Shown: piece by piece, positions 40,801 through 53,572 of the stretch | How the letters are laid out: each line of letters opens with the position of its first letter | How positions within the stretch are numbered: position 1 is the stretch's first letter | Assembly (NCBI GenBank): GCA_963719085.1 | Contig: CAVRAL010000005.1 | Coordinates: forward strand, 96,001-160,000 | Reading direction: 5' to 3' | Source of the DNA: a candidate division FCPU426 bacterium | GTDB taxonomy: Bacteria > Oederibacteriota > Muellerivitia > Muellerivitales > Muellerivitaceae | DNA: 64,000 nucleotides | Notes under the pieces: generated by a model | Told to the model about the DNA's origin: nothing | The model's input: only the letters and a program-made list of their open reading frames with translations | The model's database searches: none | Program-made: the position numbers and the translations under genes

Positions 40801-43800
40801 CTCCACCCAGTAATGATGGGCGACGCCGTTGGTGATATTGGAATCCACGTAGACATTGGCCGCCAAGGGCGTGGAGGTTAGTTGGGTCCCATCCCGGAAC
40901 AACAGGTAACCCTGGATATCGCTTTCGGGGTTGTTCGCCCAAGTCAAACGCACCAAGCTGCGGTCCAGGTCGAGCGACGCGAGCACCCGTTGAACCCCGT
41001 TCAAGAAACTTCCATCCGTGGGTTGCGTCACAATGGGCTGGGAATCCGTGGACGTTACGGACAAGCCTTGCGGCTGGGCCGGGCCCGCCTCGGTGACTTG
41101 GAAAACAGTCTGGGCCTGGTTGAACCCGTCGCCCGCCGCGTCCTGGGCTTCCATCCGGAAAATATAGTTCCCCGCGGGCAAGAGCGCGCCCGTCGAGTCG
41201 CGCCCATTCCACGGGAAGGTATAGTTTCCCGCTTGGAAGAAGGGCGAGCTGGAATTCGTCCCCAAGATATCCGAGAAGTTGCGCACCAGGGTTTGCCCAC
41301 CCGAGGCCGCGGCCAAAACCTCGCCCCGCAGGGCGTTGGCGTTTTTATAAAGGGTATAGCCCAAGGTGACGCCTTGGAAAGAAGTCAGGTGCTCGTCAAA
41401 ATTCGACGGCGTCACCGACAGGCCGCTGAGGTTCGGCGCGGTGTAGTCCAGCGTCAGCACGACCTGGGCCGGGGGGGCCGCGTTTTGCTGCGGGGTCAGG
41501 TCGGTGCCGCTCACCACCAGGGTGTAGTTCCCCGCCGGCAAAACCGATCCGTCACCCGCCCGCCCGTTCCACACAAAACTTTCCAAGCCGGATGATTGAA
41601 CCGCGCCCGCCATGGGCTCGGCCACCGAAACTCCCGCCGAATTGTAAACCGTCATGGACACCGTCATGGACACGCTCAGGTTATAAGTAATGGTCGTCGC
41701 GTCGTCATAGCCGCCGTTATTCGGGCTAAAGGGATTAGGCGAAGCGCTCACGTTTTGGATGGCCAAGGGCAGGCTTGTGTCGACGGCCAAATTGCCGTAT
41801 TGGGACGGGCTGACATTACCCGCCTGGTCGAGGGCTTCCACCTGCACGGCATAGAGCCCGGCGGGCACGGGGAAATTGTTTGAATCGATGGCCGCCCAGT
41901 TGAACGAAATCGGCGTGCCCGCGGCATCCGGAAGCACCTGATAAGACACCTGGCTGCCCGAAGTATTCAAAAGATGCAGGCGGATGAACCCGGTTTCCGA
42001 GGAGCTAGCCGTGATGGTCGCGGCGGCTCCCAGGGTGGTGCGCATCAAGGGATTGGGCGCGATAGTATCCAGGGTGACCACCGGGGGCTGGGTATCCCGG
42101 GTCACTTGGGCCGTCGCCACATGCTTATTGATATAAGGAAGAGCGTAGGTCGCGAACACGGTATAAAGGCCGTCCGCCGGAAGCGTGACCTGGAAAGTAT
42201 AAACACCCGAGCCATTCGCCGTGACCGTCGGGTAGGCCCCTTCCACGAAAGACGGATTGGTGGAGACGTAATACTCGATGGACGCGCCCGGATCGGACGT
42301 TCCCGTCAGCGTGATGGTCGTCAATTGGGTCGGCGTCACGGGCGGATTCAGGGTGATGGGATCCGTAATAGTTTTGGTCGTGTCCAAAAGCCCGAAACTG
42401 GAGAAGCTGGTCGTGGGGGCCGAGAAGCTCCAACCCACCGCCGTGGGCGTGCCGCCGCCGGCCGGGGTCACGTTCACGACCGTATGGGTGGTCAAAAGCG
42501 GCTGCATCAATCCGTTCTCAAAAACATGGATCTGGAGATTGCTGAGCGAGTCTGTCGTTGGAGGGGTCGATGCCCATGCTTTGCAATTCCTCGTTGCGCA
42601 CAAAATAATTGATGACCGGATCATTAGCCGAATTCGACGGATCAAAGGTCATGTGGGGCTCCACCTGCAAGACCGGCAGGATGGGATTGACCGCGGGCGG
42701 TTGGCTGAGCGGCAACAGCGAAGCCGGCATGGCGTCGACCGCCATTACGATGCCGTTGGCGCCGAAGGTCGCCGCGATTGAGGCCGGGAAAGTCACCGTC
42801 ATCCGGTGGTAAGGATCCTGCAACAGGTAAGGCGCGCCGCCCACGAAACTGCTTTGCTTCACCAACTGCCCCACCTCAATGGTTTGGAAAGCGTAACGGG
42901 ACTGGTTCTGTTGGTCCACGACCTGGAGCGTGATGGAAAAGACGCCCTGAAGCCCGGCCACGTTCCACCAAGCCAACACGCCTCCGAGTGAAACCGGCTT
43001 GAAGGCCTTATAGGCCCAATCCGGATCGGAAACGGAAGCTCCCGCCGCCGGATTCCGGTCGCTTTCAGGGACGGGGATCGGCAGGTTTAGACTGCCGTTG
43101 TAATAATAGAGGCGATAGTATTGGAAGCTTCCCGCGGTCGCGTCATCGGCCTCACCGGTGATGGAAACCATCTGGTTGGCCACGCTGTTGGACCCGATCC
43201 GCAGGTTGAACTGGTCGGCCTGGTAATTTTGATTGCCGCTGGCCGGAATGACGGCCGGTTGGCTGGGGAAAGGCGTTGCCGTGGGCGAGGCAATGGGCAC
43301 CACTTGCACGGCGTTGTTTAAACTTCCGTCCGTGTATTTAAGGGTGATCTGATAATTTTGAATGCGGATGTTGGGGTTGGGTTGGGGCACCCCCGAAGTC
43401 GTCAACAAGGTCACGCCGTTGTCATCCAGCGGCGTTTCCCAGAAGGTGTAATTATCGGCGGCCGAAGTACTGCTGACCGCCGCCTGCCGGGAACCCGGGT
43501 AGGTGAAATTGGCGTTCCCCGGTTCGTCGAGCTCGAGCACCGGATTGTTGATCTTCACGCCGGGTTCCACGCCGCCTTCATGATCGTCAAAGGTGATGTT
43601 CATCGGCGGGTTGAGCCGCAACATGCCGGTCACGGGGTCGGTGAGGATCGTGTCTTGCGCGCTGGTCCAGGTTGTGCCCGCGCTGGAAAGCGGCAGAGTC
43701 AACTGGACTTGACCGTTGGCGTTCGTGACGGGCTGGGCCCCGGCCAGCCGCGGGTCATTCCCCAACACTTTCAGGCTGTAATGGACCGACGCCAGATTCT

Positions 43801-46800
43801 CAGTGTCCAACAGGTCACCCACAGTCTTTTCGGTGGAGAAGCTGTATTGGGTTCCGTCATAGCGCAGTTCCCCGACCAGGGTGACCGCCCCGGTTCCTGT
43901 CTGATAATTGGCCGCCGTACCGTTGATCCCATAATAGGAACCGTCGGATTTAGTGATGCTGGTCGGCACCGAGTCCGGAACATAAATGGGCGGGTTATTC
44001 GGGTCGAACACCAGCGCGGGATTGGAACTGGACAGCGTGTTGACCGAGTTGTCCTGGGTGACGAAAGTCGTGTAGGCGGTTTGACCCGCTACCTGGGTGA
44101 AGACCTGAGTGTCAGAGGTGGGAAGGCCTGTCCCGGCCAACATGGCGTTTTGATTGGCCTGCATATTGGCCAAATCGCTGGTGGCGGTGGTGGCCTGGGC
44201 CGCGTTGAACTCCGAAACGGCCGCCGGCGAGGTCGGGTAATCCAAAACCGCCGGGTATTGGAGATTCAATCCGGCGGGCACCTGTAGTTGAGGCGCCAAA
44301 CTATCCCTTCGGGCCGTCGCCACGGTCAGCTTCATGCCGGTCTTATCCGCCGAATTGCTGATATCCAAGGCACCGGCCGCGGTTCCGTCCGTACCTAGGT
44401 TCACCGCCTCATTACCCGAAGCCGCGTTCTGGGTGACCGCGATGGCGAATTGGGAATCCAAATTCGGGATAAAGTTTTCGAGGGTACGAATTTCGGAGGA
44501 ATTGGAAAGATAAGGCTGAGCCTGTCCAGGGACGCCGTTAATAGCCCGGTCCGGGAAGCTCAAAACCGACTTATTCGCCAAATCACCCGTGAAATCTTTT
44601 TGGAGGTTGTTAAAGGACGGAAGCCCCGCGTTCAAGAGCCCCAACCAGGGTCCATAGCGGTTCACAAGCAGACTGTAATTCCAATCATCAAAAGAGAAGG
44701 CGTCCACAGCCGATACATTGACGTCAGTTATTATTTTTCCCGAATTTCCATTCCAAGTCTCGGCATTGAAATGACCATACCCTCCGGCATTCGGGGTACT
44801 ATCCAAAGGACTAGTGGAAGCATAGGAAGAGTTATTTAACCGCCCGGTCACGAAACTCGAATCCGGATGTCCCCAACCTGTCTTCCCCTGATAATAACCG
44901 GTATCGACATTGTCCCACGCGGTAGCCGAAGATTCTCCGTTCGCCAGGGGCGGTTCCAAACCTATTTTGTGATGGACATAAAAGAAAAAGGTATTGGAGC
45001 CGATGCAGGCATTGGTTCCATGATGGCTCAAGTTGCCGCTTCCCGTATTGATATCATCGACTTCCAAGCCTCCGCTATAACTAGGAGAGCTCCCCGTCGG
45101 TTCTGGGATGGTTACGAGGTTGCCATTACTGAGGGTGCCGTTACTTTGATTGTTGTACGTAAAAGAATCAGTGGAAGTCGTGTCATTGTCGCAGAACCCT
45201 AAAGTCGAATGACTGGACCAACCATACTCGATACTGTCTTTAACAACCGGTTGAACTTCAATGCCGCTGAAATGGCGCCGGACGTAGAACGAGTAAGGCA
45301 CGAAAGGATATTCCACCACGGGCAATTGTTTGCCCGTGGCCGACAGCACGATGGTGACCGGAACCGGATCAAAACGCTGACCCTGGGCCTGGATTTCGTA
45401 ATAGAAGCGCGCGTCACCACTGGCCACCGGCAGGCCGTTGGAGGCGTCGATCGCATTGCCGGTGACATCTAAATTGGCGTTCACCAAGCCCGAAGACTGC
45501 GTGACGGCCGCCGTAATAGGTACTTGTTCCACGTCCGGCACAGCCGTGACACCTTGGTCGGGGTCGGTGGCCACCACGGTGAAGGTCAAAGGCGCGGAGG
45601 TGGCGGGCGTGATGTCGATTTTCCCCGCCGAATTGGCCAGCGGATAATTACCGGACCAGGGATAGGAATGAATATTACCCGGGCCCGCAGGCAAGAGTTG
45701 ATTGCTCAAAAGCGTCACGGGATTAGGCATGACATCCGCCGAGCCGGTGACGAATACGCTGACCGTCGCGGGTTTGCCCAAAGTGAAGCTGACCGTGCTG
45801 TGGTTCAAGGCCGGATCCGGCACGTTGAGGAAGAAAGTTGAATTGTCCACAGACGCCTCGGTGGCGGCGCCCAAGTAATCAAAATTATTCGCCGGAACCG
45901 ACGAGGCCGTCAGCACCGCCATCGTGGTCGTAACTGGATAGTTGAAGGAAGATTGGGTCACACCTTGGCCGCTGGTGGCTTCGGCGGTCAGGCGGACCGT
46001 GTAGTTTTGAGTCGGCACGAAGGCGCCCGTGGAATCATCCAGCCCGTTCCAAATAAAGGCTTGTGGCGGCGTGCCGCCGGCCCCCAACACAATGGGACTT
46101 CCCGAGGGATTAGACGCGTTGTTCCCCAAGAAGATATTGGGGTTTTGAATCGCGCCGTTATATTCCAAATCAAAAACAGAAGGGTCGGAAATCGAGGAAA
46201 ACACAATCACCGCGGATTGGCCGGCGGGAATGATGGTGCTTCCGTTCCAAGCCAAAGTCATGATATGCGTCGTGCTGTTGGTGGTCAGGGAATAATCGGC
46301 CGAAGCCAGGGTCGTGTAAACCAAGGCCAAGCTGTTGGGAACCACCGTTCCACCGGTATTCGCTCCGCCGGTCACGCTGCCCGTGAAGGTAGCCGGCGCC
46401 ACACCGCCGCTATTATCAAATCGAAGGTTCCAATTGGTGCCGTCAAACCAAAGATAACTCCCCGGGACGCTGATGTTCAAAGGTTCACCTTGGACCCCTG
46501 TGTCGGTCGTGTTGAGCGACAAAACTTGCCCCGTCGCGATTCCCGGCAGCGCCGAAGGATGCGCGCTGTTGCTCCCGATATTCACCAACGAGTCCTGCTG
46601 GACGCCATCGATGCTCAGGGTCAGGGTGGAACTGGTCGCCGCCATTTGCCAATCAAAACCTGAGAGCGTGGTGTCCCCCGCGGGGCGGGTGGCGGACAGG
46701 CTCACGAAAGGCGAGGATTGGTTCGCCGCGGGGAAAAGTTGGTCCACATTGGCGGCAGAACTGGGGTCTTGATTGACATTTTCTAAATTCACGGGCGTCA

Positions 46801-49800
46801 CATTCAAAACATCGCCGCCAGTGGCCGCGATGCTGGCGCCAAACAAATGCTGCTGACCGTCGCTTTGGAACCGAATATGCCAGCCCGCCGCGTCATACCA
46901 AAGGTAATAACCCAAGGTCGGGCTCGTCGGGATCGCCGGCTGGCCGAAGAAATTGATCGCCGTGGCGGTCACGTTGTTCTGGGTCCGGGTAAATACGCTC
47001 CGGCCCGTGGGATCCAAAACCTCAAACCGGGTGTTGGCGTTTTGGCCTATCAATCCATAGTTGAAGGTCACGGCGTTATTCGGATCGTGGGGATCCGGCG
47101 AGAAGCTCACCGAAGCGGAATTGGGCGCCGCCGGCGGATTTAAGATGACGCTGATGGGCTGGGCCGCCGTGCCGGCGACTTTGGGTTCCACCTCAGTGTA
47201 CATGGTATCCACATGGGTAACGCCTGCGGCGTCCACGTATTGGTCCTCAGCCACCAACAGGATCCACAGTGAGTTTGTGGACATCCCAGCCGTGTTCAAA
47301 TAAGCCAATGTTCCGCCCACCACCGGCTGAACGGACTCATAAGAAACCGGCGCGCTGTGATTCAGGAAGGCCGTCGGCACCTTCATTTGAGCGGTCTGCC
47401 ATCCCGCGCTTGTCAACGCGGAATCCGTCAACGACGAAAGCGAAGGTTGGTTCAATGAAGTGTAGTAATAGAGCCGGTAATCCTTGAAGGAGGTCGGCAA
47501 ATTCCAATTGGGCGCCGTAGCCGTTCCCTGGATCACGATGGTCGCTTGCGGCAGCACCTGGTTGGTGATCGGCGAGGTGATGGCCGGCGGAATCGATTGG
47601 TAGACGAAAGAAGCGACGTAGGAAGTCTGGTTGTTGGCCCAATCGGTGGCGGTAATGGAAACCGAATACTGACCCGACGGGGACCCGTTCGGCAGCGCGA
47701 TGTTGAATTGATTGGTCTGGGAAAAACTATTGGGCAGCGCCGACAGCGTGGTGACGGATCCACCGACGCTGTTGATCACGACCGCGCTAACCGTGGGCGC
47801 CGGGATTTGGGAATTGGAATTGCCCGAGTTCAACTCAGGCGCGTCGGCGTTTTCGTTTAGGTTATAAAAGACCGAAACGTTGGGACTGGCCGCCGGCACC
47901 TCGAAGGGAAGGCATTCCACCGCCGTCAAAATAGGCGGCGTGCGGTCCACCGTGAGTTGAAGTGTTGATTGTCCGGTGGCGCTGTTCCCCGCCGGGTCCA
48001 CCGCCGTCAAAGAAACGTTATAGATTCCGTCAGGAAGCGCCGAAGGCGAACCCAAGGTATATTCCAAATCGAATTGATTTCCACTCTGAACCGTCTCTTG
48101 TGGGAAGTCGAAATTGGTTCCTTGGATCGGGTCCGTGAAATGGAAGATGGCCGTGCCCCCGCTTTGCTCAATGCCGGTCGGGCCGACCGAATAGGGGTAG
48201 TTTTCAGCCAGCGTCGCCGAATTGACCACACTGGCCGAGGGCGACAGGTTTGTCGAACCCGCCAAGTGGGTCTGGGTCGGAGTGGAGATGGCCGGAACGG
48301 GCGTGAGACGGTCCAGGTAAAGGGTCATGGCCGCGCTGGCCGTATTGCCCGCCGAATCCGCGCCCGCGAGGGTGACCGCCATTTCCACCACGCTACCCGC
48401 CGGAAGATTTTGAATGACGAGGGGCGCCGTATAAGAACCCTGGCTTTCGAACGGAAGCGCCGGCGGCGTGCTGACCGAGAACCCGGCGGGCGGGGAAAAG
48501 TTAAAAGTCCCGGCGGCAAAAGAGATGGCCTTCACCAAGGGGCTGAGGTTATCGGTAACGCTGTAAATCGCGTCCAAAGTCACTGGGCCCGAATAGGTCG
48601 CGGGCATTCCGGAATAGGGGTTCACGTAGCCCGGTAAGACTTCTGAAACGCCGTTGGTGAAAGTCCCGTTGGACGAATAGCTTCCTGGCGCCTGGATCGT
48701 AATGGGCGAAGCAGGGCTTAACCATTGCAAGGTAGGCGGCGTATTGTCGACCATGAAGGAGTACTGAGATTGGGTGATGTTATTAATACCGGTGAAAGGC
48801 GAATAGGCCGCCACTTGGACGTCGTACATTCCCTCCGGAATCGAGGCCGTCGGGCTCAAAGTATTTCCATTGGCGTCGGTTAAAAGTTGTCGCGGATCCA
48901 CGACCAAAGATGTATCGGTTCGAAAAGCTGGTGAACCATAGGTCACTGCCAATTGGTGGAAGGCTTGAGGAGCCGAGACAATGAAATTTTGGCTGGGCGG
49001 TTGGCCATCCGGGAAAATCTTGAAACTGCTGTAAACCACAGCAACAGTATTACCAGTAGGTTCGGTTATGACCGGTATTGAAGCAACATCAATTAAATTA
49101 GAAAAACGAGACGGCGACCCATTGACAACCTCGTTGTTACTAGGGCTATTTGCCACAATATAGAAAGGCAGTGTCGACACCACGAACCGAATTCGTTGGA
49201 ATGATTCCTTCCCTGCCCAGTCGATGGTATGGAAGACAATCTCGTTTTGACCTTCGAGGAAGTTAAAGTCATTAACAAAGAAAGGTGAATTAGGATCGGC
49301 GCTGATCACGAAATAGCCAGAACTAGGATCAATCAAAACCGGCGAAAGTCCGCCCGAGGCTGTTGAAATGCTATTGGGATCCCGACCTTGGTCGCTATTC
49401 CCGGCCGTACTGGTATGGGCCGCCGGATTAGTCGAAAGCAAGTCGGTATAGGGGAAAGAATAGTTCATCGACATCTCAAAGACCTTCATTTGACCCGGGC
49501 TGTAATCGCGCAGAATTCCCCGTATTTCAACGGGCTTGCGGTTGTAAAAGACAGTATCGGGATAAAGAATCACACCCTTAGGATCCATGATCGGAACAGC
49601 GGTCGTGGCATTACCCTGGGACAAGTCAAAAGCGCTAGTCGATTGGACCGGCAAAAAAGCAGGATCGGAAGTCGCCGAGGCCGGGTCCATCAAGTAGGAA
49701 ACCGGCGCGGTATAGCTGACCGCGTAATTCGGATCATTCATCCCAAGTGAAACGGGAATCGACAAGGTTGGCGAGCTGGAAGCGCGGACCCGCAGAATCT

Positions 49801-51760
49801 CGATTTGCGGATTGTCAAACAGTTCCTTGGTGGGTTCATCCGGATTGGCGCCATTAGGATTCTGGAAAGCTTGGAGCTTCAGCAGATTTTTCAAATATCC
49901 CTCCGCCGTTTCGGCGAAGTTCAAGGCGGACGAAATGGGCGTGAAAATCGGAGCATAGGCTTGCCCGATGCCAGGAATATAAAGTGGCAGGGACAGGGCC
50001 TGAAGGGCCTGCGATAATTCATCCCCATTTCCCAACATAAGATTAGTCACGGCCCGGGCTGCGGCCGTCGCTTGGCGAAAGGCATCCGGGTCATTGGGAT
50101 CCTTATAAACCTGCTGGTCATTAAACATATTGACCGGTTGACGCATGGCCCCGGGCTGGGGACCGTTCAAACCGGCCAACGCGCTGAACTCGCCCACCAC
50201 CCCACTGCCGCCACTGGTTACTGGGTTCTTGGCCAAAACACCCTCAACGATATGAAGCATCTTTTCAGGATCGTTAATAGCGTCGACGGCCGAGAGAATG
50301 GAACCCAGGTTTCCGCTCTGGGCCAAACTGCCATAGGCGGATAAAAGAGTGGCGTCCACGTTCGGAAGCTCGGTTGGAATTCCGATGTTGCTCAACAAAT
50401 GATAATCAATCGCCTTGGCACCGCTTTGGAGCGCCGCTCCCGGAACCGTCTGCGCGATGCCATTGAGGAGCTCAGGCTGACTCTCGGCGAATTGGCTCCA
50501 TTGGCCGGCCAAGTTGTTGATGTCACAACGCAAATCGGCCAATTGCTTGACGAACTTCACGATCTCACCCAAGCTCATGCCCGAGCCCATGGCTCCTGTC
50601 TGGGTGGTTTGAGGGGTGGGGGCCAAAATAGCGAGGGCGGCGGACGCGACAGACTGCCCCGACGCTAAAAGCTTTTTGATTTCGTTCAACTCTTGTTCCA
50701 CCTTGGGATTCTCGCCCAAGAACGGAGCGTCCACCGACACGAAGCGGTCCACACTGGCCATCACGGTATTCAGGTCAGCGTCTACCCCGGCCAGTTGGTT
50801 ATTACGTCCCTGCGCCAAGTAGTCCTTGGCCATGACAGCGCCCGCACCACTGGAAATCATCTGAACATGCACCGCTTGTTGAACTTGCGGTGGCAAGCTG
50901 GCGATCGCATTGTTCAGCGGACCCATTTGTGTATGAATAAAACTGGATATTTGACTCAAAGGCCCTGCCAGTCCTGGAACCAAATTCGTCAAACCACCGC
51001 CGCAAGTAAAAGACCCGATCAGGCTATTAATGTCGCCCCCTCCCGGTAAAGCCGCAATCGCCTTGCTAGCCAAGTTGTTGGGGCTGATATTGCCAATACT
51101 GTTCAAGGAAGAAAGGGCGTCAACAGGATCAAAAGGAAGATCCGGTACGGTGAGGCTGAAGGAAGGCACCGAAATAGTAGCGCCGAATAAATTAATCTGG
51201 GGGAAAGAAATAGTAATGACCGCCGAAGTGGAAGAGGGTTCGTTCAGGTGCTCGACATCATCCGTTTCGATTTGGCTTACGCCTTCGGCAGTCGTGGTAT
51301 CCGGCATATCTTCAGGTTCAGTCTCATCTGAATCGGGCGTCGGCGTCGGTGCATTAATCGAAACTGAAAATGACGCCGCCAATTGATCGACTGGCGGATC
51401 CACCAAAACACTATTAGACTTTACATATACTTGAACGGTATATGTGCCGCCTGGTGCATCGTCATCGATTTCATAGTTGATATTAAATGTATTCGAATCA
51501 CCGGGAGCTATATTGACCGGGGACAGATCCGAAGTAACCGAATCAACCACAAACTCATCTTGTAGCTCATCAGGAACAGTTATATATATCGAAGTGTCGT
51601 CTAAGTCAGCTGTACTATCGGAACTATTATTAATCGTGAACTGAACCGAACCTGTGTCCCCGGGATTAGCCGAAATATCAGCCGCAAAACCACGGAAAGT
51701 CGCAAAAAGCGACTGAACAGCCAGAAATAAATAAAAATAAAAAAATAATCTTTTTCTCAA
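31861..51760 (-). CDS. Giant surface/secreted protein of about 6,630 aa, split into ORFs 42518-51760 and 31861-42645 by one frameshift
   Basis: Only the upstream ORF has a signal peptide. The ORFs overlap by 128 bp, and natural-looking sequence switches frame at about 42,560. Contains Ig/Big, Fn3, FlgD-Ig, propellers, a CBM3-like module and xT repeats. Confidence 0.8.
32062..32260 (-). repeat. Three 66-bp coding tandem repeats ([22 protein letters not shown])
   Basis: Directly visible in DNA and protein; a second 66-bp duplication ([19 protein letters not shown]) lies at about 31876-31996. Confidence 0.88.
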
Positions 51761-51825
51761 AATTGATCCCGATTAAATAAATTAACACTTATTCAATACA
51801 CTAGAATTTTCAATCTATTTATATT

Positions 51826-52644
51826 TCAGACTCCCAACAAGGCTTTCCTTCGTTGAGCTATAGTCATTTTCATCAATGACTGGTATTCATTTTTGTCTTT
51901 AAAAAATCTTTCAGCTTCTTTCCAGGCCGCGTCTTCGCTAAACGTCAAAAGAAAAGCAGCCGATACCGCCGCCTCAGACGCGGGTTCTGCTTCACAAACT
52001 TTGACAATTGGCTCAATGGCACTGGCATCATCCAATCTAGCCAACGAACAAATCGAAGCAAAAACAACACCATCATTCTTAGAATTCAACCCCTTTAAAA
52101 AAATAGTCAAATTATCCGGATCGTCCGTCATTCCCAAGGCAATTACATCCGCGGGATCTTCATAGTAAACTTTTCTCGCTGTAGACTTGGGCTCCAGTCC
52201 GTTTTGTTTACACCAATTCAAAAAATCTTTTGAAAACTTCCCACGCACTACCTTCACATTTGAATCGCGATCAATCAAGTTCGGGGAATCTCTATCAATC
52301 GCCTCCTCAGCAAATCCCCTCAAATAACTTTTAAAGGTTTGATCTTCATCTCCAATTTTCACAATGGCAATGGCGACCCTTTGTTTGTTCGACTTTATTG
52401 AGTTTTTATCAAAGGCGATCTTCAATTCCGGCAGGGCACTTTTGTCCTTCAACGTTTTCATTCGATCTACAATAAAAAGATCGTCGGGCCTCGAATGCAG
52501 CCCATCTATCAATTCAGGCATACTCTTTTTGCTTACCGCCTCAGCGCTTTCCTGTTCAGGACCATTCGAAGCTCCCAAACCAGCTTTTACAGCTATTATA
52601 AAAAACAAAAAACTAAAAATGGCGGCAAGTTTTTTTCCACTCAT
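51826..52644 (-). CDS. Secreted HEAT-repeat-like helical protein (AT-rich)
   Basis: AGGAG SD, signal peptide, ALPELK.../SLARLDDASAIEPIV HEAT-like units. Confidence 0.7.
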   Translation of the reverse strand: MSGKKLAAIFSFLFFIIAVKAGLGASNGPEQESAEAVSKKSMPELIDGLHSRPDDLFIVDRMKTLKDKSALPELKIAFDKNSIKSNKQRVAIAIVKIGDEDQTFKSYLRGFAEEAIDRDSPNLIDRDSNVKVVRGKFSKDFLNWCKQNGLEPKSTARKVYYEDPADVIALGMTDDPDNLTIFLKGLNSKNDGVVFASICSLARLDDASAIEPIVKVCEAEPASEAAVSAAFLLTFSEDAAWKEAERFFKDKNEYQSLMKMTIAQRRKALLGV

Positions 52645-52654
52645 AATTTCACTC

Positions 52655-53545
52655 CTAAGGTATTGGCAACCCCAGCTGGGACGAACTCGACAATGCAATA
52701 AACGAGTCCGGGGGAGACTGAGGAATTTCTTTAATCAGAGAATTATTCACATAAATATAATAAGTCGGAAAAATTTGCGTGTTTGAATAAGAACCACTGT
52801 CATTGTTTATAAAAAAATTAGGCACAAATGTTCCATCGGCATTAAACTTCAAAACCGACCAAATCCAAGGAGTTGACATCTGATTAACCGTTTGATTAAT
52901 GTCTTGTCCTAAAGCGTCTATTTGCCCTTCGCAAATTTGAAAAAAACCACTTTGAGAATAAGTAAGTCCGTTTTTTCCGTTGTTCTCGCTTACATCGGGC
53001 GGAGCAGGATCAAGAATTCCGCATGGATCTGGAGTACTGCCAACCGAAACAAACGAATTCAAAATATTATCGCTATCCGGAACTATTGTTTTTCCGTCCG
53101 TCGAATCAAATTCAACTTTTAATTCATTGTAAAGTCTAAAGTCTCCATTAGCTAAAATTTCGGCAGGATTAATAAAATTTCCCGGAATTTGATTGCTAGA
53201 GTTTTTCAATAAAAAAGCGTTCGCATATTCTCGATTAGCTTCAGCCAAAGAAGTACCTTGATCTAATAATTCAGGCGTGCCGAGAATCCACGCGCTAAGC
53301 AAAGGTCCACAAGACACCTTTAGATTTAAAGCATTAACCAAAGCAGAATCGGCTCCCGACGGATATGAAATATCATCGCCATTTACAAATGCCAAGATAA
53401 TCACATCGTCAGTTGGATTAACCGTAACTGTTTGGGCAGGAATCGAAAATACTGGCAACTGATCCGCAGCCAATTCTTTGAAATCAAAAATCATCAAAGA
53501 AAAAATGATTAATGAAAATTTAATTCCCCAAAGTGAAAATTTCAT
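52655..53545 (-). CDS. Secreted hypothetical protein (AT-rich)
   Basis: 296-aa ORF with hydrophobic N-terminus; no family recognised. Confidence 0.7.
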   Translation of the reverse strand: MKFSLWGIKFSLIIFSLMIFDFKELAADQLPVFSIPAQTVTVNPTDDVIILAFVNGDDISYPSGADSALVNALNLKVSCGPLLSAWILGTPELLDQGTSLAEANREYANAFLLKNSSNQIPGNFINPAEILANGDFRLYNELKVEFDSTDGKTIVPDSDNILNSFVSVGSTPDPCGILDPAPPDVSENNGKNGLTYSQSGFFQICEGQIDALGQDINQTVNQMSTPWIWSVLKFNADGTFVPNFFINNDSGSYSNTQIFPTYYIYVNNSLIKEIPQSPPDSFIALSSSSQLGLPIP

Positions 53546-53572
53546 AAAAAAATCCCCATAAACCGAATAGTT

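Noticed and set aside
41471..41477. G7 tract as a phase-variation site in the giant gene
   Set aside because: Short, in frame (Ala-Pro-Pro codons) and about 1.1 kb from the observed frameshift.
31861..42645. Treating the 3594-aa ORF as an independent gene starting at 42645
   Set aside because: First ~28 residues look non-coding, there is no signal peptide, and it overlaps the upstream ORF; better explained by a frameshift.
28946..51760. Cellulosome scaffoldin or RHS/YD polymorphic toxin
   Set aside because: No cohesin or dockerin repeats, no YD repeats or PxxxxDPxG core end, and no C-terminal toxin domain recognised.
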